Below are positions 42,426-51,200 of a DNA stretch of 64,000 nucleotides, in pieces. This DNA comes from Deferribacterales bacterium. GTDB taxonomy: Bacteria > Chrysiogenota > Deferribacteres > Deferribacterales > Geovibrionaceae. Position 1 is the first letter of the stretch; the number at the start of each line of letters is the position of its first letter. The stretch covers positions 128,001 through 192,000 of the forward strand of contig JBFWLW010000001.1 in NCBI GenBank assembly GCA_050251945.1. Direction: 5' to 3'. Position numbers and translations under genes: made by a program. The notes below the pieces were generated by a model, which searched no databases, was not told the DNA's origin, and was given only the letters and a program-made list of their open reading frames with translations.

Positions 42426-43191
42426 AACGTTTCTCGAAGACATTTACCAGAAGTACAACAGTATTGAATATATCGACACTGACCCTGTATTTTTCCCCCA
42501 TGCATACGAGGGCAATACGGAGTATGTGGCGCTGACGGCGTCAGTCTTTGCGTACGGTAATGTCAAGGCTATTAAAGGTTTCATACGTTCCTATCTGGAT
42601 TATTACGGCACAGACCCGCTTGCGGCGGCAAAACCTTCCGGCGGACTGTATTACAGATTTCAGAAGAAACACGATATAGACTATTATGCAGAGCTTATGC
42701 GCCGCTTATACGGTGAATACGGCTCCATCGAGAATATTTTTTCCAAAAGGGACACGCTGGAAGAGGGGATTCTTCTTTTTCACGGATTGATAAAAGAATA
42801 TGCGGCGGATGCCGATACCGGACTGCATTTTCTGTTTCCCAACCCTGTAACTTCCGGTTCAAAACGTCTGCGGATGTTTTTGCGATGGATGATCCGCAAG
42901 GATAATGTGGATTTCGGCATCTGGTCAAAATTCAGTCCATCCGAACTTATGATGATAATAGACACGCACATTCTCAGGTTTGCAAAGAACAACGGTGTAA
43001 TAACAAACGACTCCGCAACCCGTGCGAACCTCGAAAAAGTTAGCAGCTTTTTCAGGGGCATGAATCCTGACGATCCGGCGAAGTACGATTTTGCACTGAC
43101 ACGGCTGGGAATTGTTTCCGGCTGCAAGTATATGAGCAGCATTTCCTGCGGAACATGCGGTCATAATAAAGGCTGTATATTTAGAGATTGA
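42403..43191 (+). CDS. TIGR02757/DUF2400 family protein
   Basis: DPVFFPH, FAYG, KRLRMFLRWMIR, DTH, DPAKYDFAL, C-terminal Cys cluster. Confidence 0.8.
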   Translation: MRSEPIYKTFLEDIYQKYNSIEYIDTDPVFFPHAYEGNTEYVALTASVFAYGNVKAIKGFIRSYLDYYGTDPLAAAKPSGGLYYRFQKKHDIDYYAELMRRLYGEYGSIENIFSKRDTLEEGILLFHGLIKEYAADADTGLHFLFPNPVTSGSKRLRMFLRWMIRKDNVDFGIWSKFSPSELMMIIDTHILRFAKNNGVITNDSATRANLEKVSSFFRGMNPDDPAKYDFALTRLGIVSGCKYMSSISCGTCGHNKGCIFRD

Positions 43192-43293
43192 TGAATATAT
43201 GAATATTTAAAATGTATATCCGCAGCATTGACAAAGTACGAAAATAGTATAGTATAAATCTGAAAGCGTTTAAAGTTACTTAGGAGGATTGCT

Positions 43294-43611
43294 ATGGCAG
43301 CAGAACTTAACGAAGCTAGTTTCCAATCAGAAGTACTCGATTGCACTATGCCCGTCCTTGTGGACTTCTGGGCTGTATGGTGCGGACCTTGCAGAATGCT
43401 CACACCTACTATAGAATCTCTTGCTTCAGAATATGCGGGCAAAGTAAAAGTTGCTAAAGTCAACGTTGATGAAAACCAGCAGCTTGCCGCAAAATACGGT
43501 ATCATGAGCATACCTACAGTTATGGTTTTCAAAGACGGAAAAGTTGTTGAACAGTTCATCGGCGTTCAGCCCAAAGGTGTTTACGAAGACGCTCTGAAAA
43601 GACACATATAA
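43294..43611 (+). CDS. trxA: Thioredoxin
   Basis: WCGPC. Confidence 0.96.
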   Translation: MAAELNEASFQSEVLDCTMPVLVDFWAVWCGPCRMLTPTIESLASEYAGKVKVAKVNVDENQQLAAKYGIMSIPTVMVFKDGKVVEQFIGVQPKGVYEDALKRHI

Positions 43612-43659
43612 CATATCTTTCAAACCATGCATATTACGGCATATTGAATGTCGTTACGG

Positions 43660-43687
43660 GAGCAGCTTTAATAGGCTGCTCTTTTTT
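43660..43687 (+). terminator. Intrinsic terminator after trxA
   Basis: GAGCAGC...GCTGCTC-TTTTTT. Confidence 0.75.
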
Positions 43688-43713
43688 CGCTTTTTATCAC
43701 AATCTTCAAATTA

Positions 43714-43727
43714 TTGATACAAATCAA
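43714..43727. promoter_or_regulatory. FNR/Crp-family box
   Basis: TTGAT-ACAA-ATCAA, perfect TTGAT-N4-ATCAA. Confidence 0.6.
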
Positions 43728-43765
43728 TTAAAAATATTATCTATAAACTTATGTTGTCTATTGAT

Positions 43766-43820
43766 GATAATGAATATCATTTTCTCTTGACGTGCCGACG
43801 CGATAATGATAGTTATTTTC
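43766..43820 (+). promoter_or_regulatory. Two Fur boxes flanking a -35 (TTGACG) upstream of feoA
   Basis: GATAATGAATATCATTTTC (43766-43784) and GATAATGATAGTTATTTTC (43802-43820), each 16/19 to GATAATGATAATCATTATC. Confidence 0.8.
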
Positions 43821-43867
43821 ATCATGCTTGGTAATAGGTTTTACTTTTTTTAATTAGGGAGATCAAA

Positions 43868-44101
43868 ATGATTATTTCCATGAGAAAGATGAAGGACAAT
43901 CAAAAGGGCAGGATTGTCAAGGTCAACTGCGAAGGGGAACTTCGGCAGAGGATCAATGATATGGGTCTGAACTCAGGAACTGAATTCAAAATTATCGGCA
44001 GGGCTCCGCTTTTTGACCCTGTTGCTCTGAAGGTGAGAGGGTTTACCATCACGCTCAGAAACAACGAAGCGGATCATATAGAAGTGGAGGTTAATGATTA
44101 A
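43868..44101 (+). CDS. feoA: Ferrous iron transport protein A
   Basis: RINDMGL..G, APLFDP, LRNNEA. Confidence 0.92.
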   Translation: MIISMRKMKDNQKGRIVKVNCEGELRQRINDMGLNSGTEFKIIGRAPLFDPVALKVRGFTITLRNNEADHIEVEVND

Positions 44102-46287
44102 TGAAGATAGTTGCCATTGCCGGAAACCCCAACTGCGGGAAAACATCTCTTTTCAACAACATCACAGGTGCAAACTATCACGTTGCAAACTACCCCGGTG
44201 TTACTGTTGAAAAGAAAGAAGCAAAAGTTAAGCACGGCGGAGAAGAATTCACTATTGTCGATCTTCCCGGTACGTACAGCCTTTCGCCTTATTCTCTGGA
44301 AGAGAAAGTAGCCAGAGACTATGTTGTTAACGAAAAACCGGACGTTATCGTAAACGTTCTTGACGCATCAAACCTTGAAAGAAACCTTTATATGTTTGTG
44401 CAGTTCATGGAGATGGGAGCGCCGGTTATGGCAGCTCTTAACATGGTGGACGTTGCGAAACTCAGAAAAATAAATATCGACGTTAAAGCACTGTCTGAAA
44501 AGCTGAACGTTCCTGTTGTTGAAACAGTTGCAAGAGAGAACAAAGGGACGAAAGATATTCTTGATGCAGTGGCAAAATTCAGCGCCGGTCAGTCAAAAAC
44601 ACAGAACTTCGATATATCCTACGGTCCCGATATTGACGAAGCTCTTGTAAAAATGGAAACAAAAATCAAGGATGCGGGTTTCATGACCGCCAAATACCTT
44701 CCCAGATGGACAGCTCTGAAATACCTTGAAAACGATGAGCAGATCACCGCTGAAGGGGCTGGAATCGGCAATATCCATCAGGAACTTGTCTCCATGGCTG
44801 AAAAACTCAACAGCCATATTAAAACAACACAGAAAACAACTGCTGAAAACCTTATTGCAGATTACAGATACGGATACATAAGTTCCATTCTGAAATCAGT
44901 CGTCATATACGAGGATTCACCTCTGGACAGACTGTATCTCAGCGACCGTATAGATCAGGTTCTTACTAACAAACTCCTCGGACCGGTCATAATGCTCGGT
45001 TTCCTGTACCTTATATACGAGTTTACATTCTGGGCGAGTGAATACCCCGTTATGTGGCTTGAAAGCCTGTTCGGCTGGCTGGGCGGAATAGCCGATGCAC
45101 ATATGGCGGAAGGACTTCTGAAATCCCTTGTCACATCAGGTATAATCGACGGTGTGGGCGGGGTTCTGGGCTTTGCGCCGCTGATCCTTTTCATGTTCTT
45201 TGCAATCGCATTCCTTGAAGATTCCGGCTATATGGCAAGAACAGCTTATATGCTGGACAGAGTGTTCCGTCTTTTCGGGCTTCAGGGTAACTCGGTTGTG
45301 GCATACATCGTTTCAGGCGGTATCGCAGGCGGTTGCGCCGTTCCCGGTGTTATGGCTGCAAGAACCATTAAAGGCGAAAAAGAGAGACTTATAACCATTC
45401 TTACTGCTCCGTTCATGCCATGTGGTGCGAAACTCCCTGTTTATGCACTGCTTATCAAAGCGTTTTTCCCCGGCAACGAGAGTGGTATTATGCTCGCGAT
45501 AACACTTATAAGCTGGCTGCTTGCGCTTCTTATCGCAAGGCTGCTGGGTACGTTCTTTGTTAAAGAACCCGATTCGGCATTCGTTATGGAGCTTCCTCCT
45601 TACAGAATGCCCACGCTTAAAGGTCTTACTATCCACGCATGGGAAAGATGCTGGATGTATGTCAGAAAGGCAGGTACAGTTATCCTTGCCATCTCAGTTC
45701 TGCTTTGGGCTATGATGACTTTCCCCCAGCTTTCCGAAAAACAGCTTCAGGTATATGAAGACCAGCGTCAGGAAATTGTTTCTTCTTACGACACTGCCGT
45801 TGTGGAAGAGGGCGATTCTGATGCAGAGGAAGTATCTGCGGTAGCTCAGGAATATCGTGATCAGCTTTCAACAGTTGATTCAAACGAAGCGGGCGACGCA
45901 CTTGCAAATTCGGTTGCCGGTAAACTCGGACAGGTGTTTGAACCCGTAACACAGTTTGCAGGATTTGACTGGAGAACCAATATTGCTCTTATAGGCGGTA
46001 TAGCCGCGAAAGAAGTTGTGGTAGCTTCTCTGGGAACTGCTTACTCTCTGGGCGAAGTTGATCCCGAAGAGTCCGACAGTCTCGGCGATAAGCTGGTTAA
46101 ATCCGGCTGGACAACTGCAAACGCAATTTCGCTGATAATCTTTACACTGCTGTATTCTCCATGTTTTGTTACAGTGGTTGCTATCCGTAAGGAAACAGGC
46201 TCATCCAAGTGGGCGCTTTTCACTCTGTTCGTATACACAGGTGTTGCGTTCATTGCTTCTGTGGCTGCTTTCCAGATAATGGGGTAA
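44101..46287 (+). CDS. feoB: Ferrous iron transport protein B
   Basis: GNPNCGKT, NYPGVTVE, DLPG, NMVD, gate domains. Confidence 0.96.
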   Translation: MKIVAIAGNPNCGKTSLFNNITGANYHVANYPGVTVEKKEAKVKHGGEEFTIVDLPGTYSLSPYSLEEKVARDYVVNEKPDVIVNVLDASNLERNLYMFVQFMEMGAPVMAALNMVDVAKLRKINIDVKALSEKLNVPVVETVARENKGTKDILDAVAKFSAGQSKTQNFDISYGPDIDEALVKMETKIKDAGFMTAKYLPRWTALKYLENDEQITAEGAGIGNIHQELVSMAEKLNSHIKTTQKTTAENLIADYRYGYISSILKSVVIYEDSPLDRLYLSDRIDQVLTNKLLGPVIMLGFLYLIYEFTFWASEYPVMWLESLFGWLGGIADAHMAEGLLKSLVTSGIIDGVGGVLGFAPLILFMFFAIAFLEDSGYMARTAYMLDRVFRLFGLQGNSVVAYIVSGGIAGGCAVPGVMAARTIKGEKERLITILTAPFMPCGAKLPVYALLIKAFFPGNESGIMLAITLISWLLALLIARLLGTFFVKEPDSAFVMELPPYRMPTLKGLTIHAWERCWMYVRKAGTVILAISVLLWAMMTFPQLSEKQLQVYEDQRQEIVSSYDTAVVEEGDSDAEEVSAVAQEYRDQLSTVDSNEAGDALANSVAGKLGQVFEPVTQFAGFDWRTNIALIGGIAAKEVVVASLGTAYSLGEVDPEESDSLGDKLVKSGWTTANAISLIIFTLLYSPCFVTVVAIRKETGSSKWALFTLFVYTGVAFIASVAAFQIMG

Positions 46288-46304
46288 CCCTGCGGAGGTG
46301 AAAT

Positions 46305-46463
46305 ATGATATCTAACGTAATACTTGCGGTAATTCTGCTCTGGGCTCTCGGCTACGCCGGAAGCAGGGCATGGAAGACCTATAAACAGGCAAAAGGTGAC
46401 AAGCCTATGGAATGTGCCTGTTCGGGATGCGGAGGAAGCTGTTCCTCTGAAAAGAAAATATAA
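46305..46463 (+). CDS. FeoB-associated Cys-rich small membrane protein (52 aa; absent from the ORF track)
   Basis: GGAGGTG RBS; MISNVILAVILLWALGYAG...CACSGCGGSC. Confidence 0.8.
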   Translation: MISNVILAVILLWALGYAGSRAWKTYKQAKGDKPMECACSGCGGSCSSEKKI

Positions 46464-46469
46464 TCAGTC

Positions 46470-46497
46470 AAAGAGGGGCTTTTGCCCCTCTTTTTTT
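46470..46497 (+). terminator. Intrinsic terminator of the feo operon
   Basis: AAAGAGGGGC-TTTT-GCCCCTCTTTTTTT. Confidence 0.85.
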
Positions 46498-46743
46498 GTA
46501 ATTATCAGATAAATTTACATTTTATTGAATATCTGTTTAAATGCTATGAAATCCTTGTTCTTCAAATAGTTGTAGCATTTGTGAAACCAATTGTGTATAC
46601 TATTGGTTATAAAGGAAGATAAGCGCCACTACTTCTGGTAGTATCAAAATGTTGTTAAACGGGGTATACCATGTTAGCTAAAACTTCACCAAAACCAAGT
46701 TTTTGCAAAAGTCATACACGGTGCAAACCGTGTCCCGCAATTG

Positions 46744-46792
46744 GCCGTTGGTGGCAACATTTTCCGGGCTTTGCTTCCAACGGCATTTTTTT
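46744..46792 (+). terminator. Terminator-like hairpin in the luxR leader
   Basis: GCCGTTGGTGGCAA...TTGCTTCCAACGGC followed by ATTTTTTT. Confidence 0.55.
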
Positions 46793-46809
46793 ATGCCTAA
46801 TTTCATTTT

Positions 46810-47538
46810 ATGGAACTTCCTGCCATGCTTAAACGTAAAGAACTGACAAGTATACTTGATTTTTCTCTGGAACTTATGAATATCCGCACCTATTCCACGT
46901 TTACATCGTCGGTAATGGGGCTTAAAGGGCTTTTTGAGTTCGATTTCGTCCATATCGGTGCAGTTTCATTTTCCGACGAGTGGAAGATGCAGACTTTCTA
47001 TACCAACCTGAGTGTTATGAAGGAATGGTCGCCTTACCAGTATTCCAGCAGTCCAAACCCTAACGATCCTGTCTATTCCATGGTCAGTGCGGGGAAAACG
47101 ATGATGTGGTGGGAAGAGCTTCCGCCGGCTATAAATAGTTCCGTGACACCTTCCATGGTGCTTCCGAATCTTTGCGGCTACAGCTTCAGCAAAGTGGCGC
47201 CCGACAAGTCTAAAACGGCCGTTATCTCTTTCGGCGGAAGAGAATTCATTAAATCTGAGAGAACGGAAGAGCTTCTTTACTTTATATACCCGCACCTTGC
47301 AAACGCTTATTACAGGCTGAGCGAGATGCAGGATATAGACCCCGGACTTATCAGCGGACGTGAGATGGATGTTCTGCGCTGGCTTAAGGTCGGCAAAACC
47401 TCATGGGAGATATCGAAAATACTTGAGATAAGCGAGAATACAGTGAACTTCCATATAAAGAACATCAAACGTAAGCTGAACGCAACGAACCGTCAGCACG
47501 CGGTGGCAATTGCCATTGCGAACAGCATCATTTCCTAA
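46810..47538 (+). CDS. LuxR solo (autoinducer-binding-like domain plus HTH)
   Basis: EW..Y...DPV...W...G pattern; REMDVLRWLKVGKTSWEI...TVNFH HTH; no luxI nearby; start may be 46825. Confidence 0.85.
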   Translation: MELPAMLKRKELTSILDFSLELMNIRTYSTFTSSVMGLKGLFEFDFVHIGAVSFSDEWKMQTFYTNLSVMKEWSPYQYSSSPNPNDPVYSMVSAGKTMMWWEELPPAINSSVTPSMVLPNLCGYSFSKVAPDKSKTAVISFGGREFIKSERTEELLYFIYPHLANAYYRLSEMQDIDPGLISGREMDVLRWLKVGKTSWEISKILEISENTVNFHIKNIKRKLNATNRQHAVAIAIANSIIS

Positions 47539-49418
47539 CTTTCATCGTTGAATATACTGATGCGGTTCCTGCCTGATTGCTTTGCATTATAAAGGGCAGT
47601 GTCAGCCTTTCTGAATGTCGTGTTGGCTGTTGCGTTGGCGGAAGGCACCGTGCAGTAAACACCTATTGATACTGTTATAAATTTATCTATTTCGCTGGAA
47701 GAATGTTCGATATGCAGGTTATGTATCTCTCTGCGCATCTGTTCAAAGAACTCTATTGAATCTTTCCGGTTCATATCCATACATGCGACCGCGAATTCTT
47801 CGCCGCCTATCCTGAAAGCATAATCCCCTGCACGGTTCAGCGATCTTTTTATATTCATTGCGACTCTGTTGAGAACCTTATCTCCTTTCAGGTGCCCGTA
47901 AGTATCGTTATATGCTTTGAAAAAATCTATATCTATGATGGCAAGGGTCATGTGCGTGTGATTTCTCTGTGCTCTTCTGACCTCAAGATCGAGAATCTGA
48001 TTGAAATACCTCTTGTTGTAGAGTGCGGTTTGATCATCTGTGATAGTCAGTTCCTCGACGCGTTTTTTATCTGTTATATCGGTTCTGATGGAGAGATATC
48101 CCTTGAATTTGCCGTTGTCGTCCAGTTTGGGTATTATGTGGGCGTTTACCCAGAAAGGGGTTCCGTCCTTTTTGACATTCTTTATATCCCCGTTCCACGA
48201 ATTTCCTGACATTACAGTGTTCCACATCTGTCTGGATGTGTTTTGATCCATATCCGGGTGTTTCAGTATAGTATGCGGAGCGCCTATGAGTTCTTCCTGC
48301 GAAAACTGTGATACATCACAGAGCGCCGAACTTACCTTCGTTATTGTGCCGTTTGCGTCTGCTTCGGAGAAGATGACATATTTGTCAATTATATTGTGGT
48401 TGAATGTCAGTTCGTCCTTTGCCCTGTTCAGATAGAGGTTTGTTTTGTCCAGTCTGCCTATATACGCATTGAATCCGATATTTACCACAGCGAGTGTTAA
48501 AATTGCCATAGCAACGCTGAACAGGAACAGTATGAGGACATCATCCTTTATGTCCTCAATACTCTTGGTGATGTCTATTGCAGCAACCAGGGAGGCTATA
48601 CTTTCGTTGCTGTAATTACTAAGCTCCATTACAGGAGCCACGAGATAAGTCCGCCCGTTGTTTTCATAAGTGATCTTTTTTTCATTTCCCAGTTGCTTCA
48701 GAGCTTTGAGAAAGAAGTCGGGTGCGTCGGTTTTTATATATCTGTCATCTGCCGGTTCCAGACCCTCTTTATTGTTAAGGACTTTCAGGGCATCTTTTTT
48801 AAAAACGAAAGCGAGTTTTTTATCACCGTATATCGTTTCCAGAAGATGTGTGAAATACATCGGGTCAGTGCCGAGTTCAAGGCATCCGATGTGCTTGTGG
48901 TCACTGTTGTAAACCGGCTGCACAACGCGGTAGTAGATGCCGTTCAATCCCACCTCAATACCTGTTTCAGGCAATTTCAACTGATTGGACTTTGCCACGA
49001 TATGTCTTACCTTTGAAAGGTCATCTCCGTACATATCCGGCAAGTGGACACGGAGCAGGGTGACGGTTTTTTCGGTGTGGAAATGCATGTTTTTAAAAAA
49101 ACGGTTTTCAGAACTGAAAAGATCATAGTTGCGTTTAACAAGAGTATAAAGTTTTATTCTGTCATGATGTTCGATGGCATCTATGACATCCTGATTAGCA
49201 AGTATATTGTCAATTCTGGTGAAATTGAGTTCGTTAAGAGCGTTCAGCTCTGATTTGAAGAATGTCTGAAGATGTGCAGTTTCGTCGGAAAGGGTTGCGT
49301 TCAACTTATGTCTGTAGCTGACATAGGAAATGAACATAAAAAGAGCTACCAGCAATAAAAGCAGGAAAGCAAGGCGGGCAAGGGTAGTGTTTTTTATGTC
49401 CTTATATTTCTCCGTCAT
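47535..49418 (-). CDS. Membrane diguanylate cyclase (Cache-like sensor, PAS, GGDEF)
   Basis: Two TM, HPD..W.G.IKN.KDG.FWV PAS, RIGGEEF; start set at MTEKY. Confidence 0.88.
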   Translation of the reverse strand: MTEKYKDIKNTTLARLAFLLLLLVALFMFISYVSYRHKLNATLSDETAHLQTFFKSELNALNELNFTRIDNILANQDVIDAIEHHDRIKLYTLVKRNYDLFSSENRFFKNMHFHTEKTVTLLRVHLPDMYGDDLSKVRHIVAKSNQLKLPETGIEVGLNGIYYRVVQPVYNSDHKHIGCLELGTDPMYFTHLLETIYGDKKLAFVFKKDALKVLNNKEGLEPADDRYIKTDAPDFFLKALKQLGNEKKITYENNGRTYLVAPVMELSNYSNESIASLVAAIDITKSIEDIKDDVLILFLFSVAMAILTLAVVNIGFNAYIGRLDKTNLYLNRAKDELTFNHNIIDKYVIFSEADANGTITKVSSALCDVSQFSQEELIGAPHTILKHPDMDQNTSRQMWNTVMSGNSWNGDIKNVKKDGTPFWVNAHIIPKLDDNGKFKGYLSIRTDITDKKRVEELTITDDQTALYNKRYFNQILDLEVRRAQRNHTHMTLAIIDIDFFKAYNDTYGHLKGDKVLNRVAMNIKRSLNRAGDYAFRIGGEEFAVACMDMNRKDSIEFFEQMRREIHNLHIEHSSSEIDKFITVSIGVYCTVPSANATANTTFRKADTALYNAKQSGRNRISIFNDES

Positions 49419-49442
49419 GTAAAAGTATACCCTTCTTATCGG

Positions 49443-49645
49443 GTTTATCAAACAAAAAAAGCCGGACAAATTTTGTCCGGCTCAGACTGATGGCAAAGTC
49501 GAAAAAGACGAGGTCGCTTCGTCGCTACGCTTCTCGCGAAGACATAAGTTACTGTCATTGCGAGGAAGCCGCAGGCTGACGCGGCAATCTCATTGATTTT
49601 AACCAGTTTATCAAACAAAAAAAGCCGGACAAATTTTGTCCGGCT
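49443..49645. mobile_element. ~123-bp MITE-like element (49483-49605) flanked by a 40-bp direct repeat containing a terminator
   Basis: GTTTATCAAACAAAAAAAGCCGGACAAATTTTGTCCGGCT at 49443-49482 and 49606-49645; element begins CAGACTGATGGCAAA; near-identical in reverse complement to 59251-59377. Confidence 0.8.
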
Positions 49646-49673
49646 TTATAAGATCAGCGTGAGCTGGTTATTA

Positions 49674-49991
49674 TTAGTATCTTCCGCCGCGTCCGCCGCC
49701 GAATCCACCACGTCCGCCACCGAAACCGCCGCCTCTGTTTCCGCCTTCTTCGCGGGGTTTAGCTTCGTTAACAGTGATGTTTCTGCCGCCGTATTCTGCG
49801 CCGTTGAATTGTTCAATAGCTGCTTTTGCTTCGTCGTTGTTACCCATTTCAACAAAACCGAATCCTTTAGAACGGCCTGTTTCTCTGTCTTTGATTATAC
49901 GTGCTGAATCAACAGCGCCAACACCGCCGAAAAGAGAAGTAAGGTCTTCTTCAGTTGTTGAGTAGCTAAGGTTACCTACGTAAATGTTCAT
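49674..49991 (-). CDS. RRM (RNP-1) RNA-binding protein with Gly/Arg-rich tail
   Basis: IYVGNL (RNP-2), KGFGFVEM (RNP-1), RGG tail. Confidence 0.93.
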   Translation of the reverse strand: MNIYVGNLSYSTTEEDLTSLFGGVGAVDSARIIKDRETGRSKGFGFVEMGNNDEAKAAIEQFNGAEYGGRNITVNEAKPREEGGNRGGGFGGGRGGFGGGRGGRY

Positions 49992-50229
49992 TAAAATTCC
50001 TCATGAAATTATTTGTCAAAACACACAACTCTGGGATAATACGGTGAGCAATACGGACGGAAAGGAGCCAAACTCAGGAAACTTATGAACAATTTTTGCG
50101 GGTTATATTGAGGTACAACGGCATAAATGATAAGGTTCTGGTTCAAAAAATCCGGATGAATTTGCTAACAACGTTCAACCAAATATCGGTCTGACACACT
50201 AAATATACATCGTTACTCACAAATAGCAA
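49992..50229 (-). promoter_or_regulatory. Promoter and conserved ~200-nt 5' leader of RRM gene 1
   Basis: TTGCTA-N16-TATATT then GTCAGACCGAT...; blocks shared with 54742-54989. Confidence 0.65.
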
Positions 50230-50375
50230 CATAAAATAGTGTTTTTTCTTTTCAGTATTTAAAATATATAAAATCTATAGATTTAATGCTTTTTTATGTT
50301 GACTTGCCCGATATTGTTCTGATATGTTCTGTTCAGTTGAACCCGAATTTGATGAAAGACTAATGGAGAAATACA

Positions 50376-51191
50376 ATGTATGAAGTTATTTGTTCTGATT
50401 TGTCATACTCTTATGGGGAAGCAAAAGTACTGGAGGGCGTATCTCTTAAAGCTGAACCTGGTGATTTTGTCTGTCTCCTCGGACCTTCGGGATGCGGGAA
50501 AAGTACACTCCTCAGACTTCTGGCAGGTTTGTCCATGCCCGACAGCGGAAGCATCACCATAAACGGTGAACATGTGACCGGAACCGACCTTAACAGAGGA
50601 GTGGTTTTTCAGGATTATTCGCTTTTTCCGTGGATGACGGCCGGAGAGAATATTGTACTCGCTCTCAGACAGGCTTTTCCAAAGAAAAAGAAGAGTGAAT
50701 ACAAAGAGATAGCGGCTGACTATCTTAATATAGTCGGACTTGCCGGAAGTTTTGATAAACTGCCGGGGCATATGTCAGGTGGTATGCGCCAGCGAGCCGC
50801 CATAGCGCGTGCTTTTGCTGTCAATTCACCGATACTGCTTATGGATGAGCCTTTCGGAGCGCTTGACGCAATTACGCGTGCAAAGCTTCAGGACCTTTTG
50901 CTCGGGCTTTGGATGCAGAAGAACAGTGAGCGCAGAACCGTTTTCTTTGTAACCCACGATGTTGACGAGGCGATACTTCTTGCCACTCACATAGTTGTGA
51001 TGGGCGTGAATCCTGGGTCAGTAAAGGGCATTATCGAGGTCGATATCCCCAGACCGAGAAGGCGCAGGGGAGCGGCTGCCGAAAAGCAGTTTCAGACCAT
51101 CAGAGAGGAACTGGTTAATATACTTCAGGAAAATATTCTGAACGGACTTGATAAAGGAGAAACCGTCCTGTCATTGGGCGAGTGGATATAG
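50376..51191 (+). CDS. NitT/TauT-family ABC transporter ATP-binding protein
   Basis: GPSGCGKS, MSGGMRQR, LMDEPFGALD, VTHD. Confidence 0.92.
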   Translation: MYEVICSDLSYSYGEAKVLEGVSLKAEPGDFVCLLGPSGCGKSTLLRLLAGLSMPDSGSITINGEHVTGTDLNRGVVFQDYSLFPWMTAGENIVLALRQAFPKKKKSEYKEIAADYLNIVGLAGSFDKLPGHMSGGMRQRAAIARAFAVNSPILLMDEPFGALDAITRAKLQDLLLGLWMQKNSERRTVFFVTHDVDEAILLATHIVVMGVNPGSVKGIIEVDIPRPRRRRGAAAEKQFQTIREELVNILQENILNGLDKGETVLSLGEWI

Positions 51192-51200
51192 GAGAAGGCT

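Noticed and set aside
46705..46792. c-di-GMP-I riboswitch suggested by GCAAAC
   Set aside because: Lacks the GAAA-tetraloop P2 and the GACGCAAAG junction; it is a simple hairpin plus terminator.
49680..49760. GC-rich CCGCCG tandem repeats (also 54415-54500)
   Set aside because: They simply encode the Gly/Arg-rich tails of the RRM proteins.
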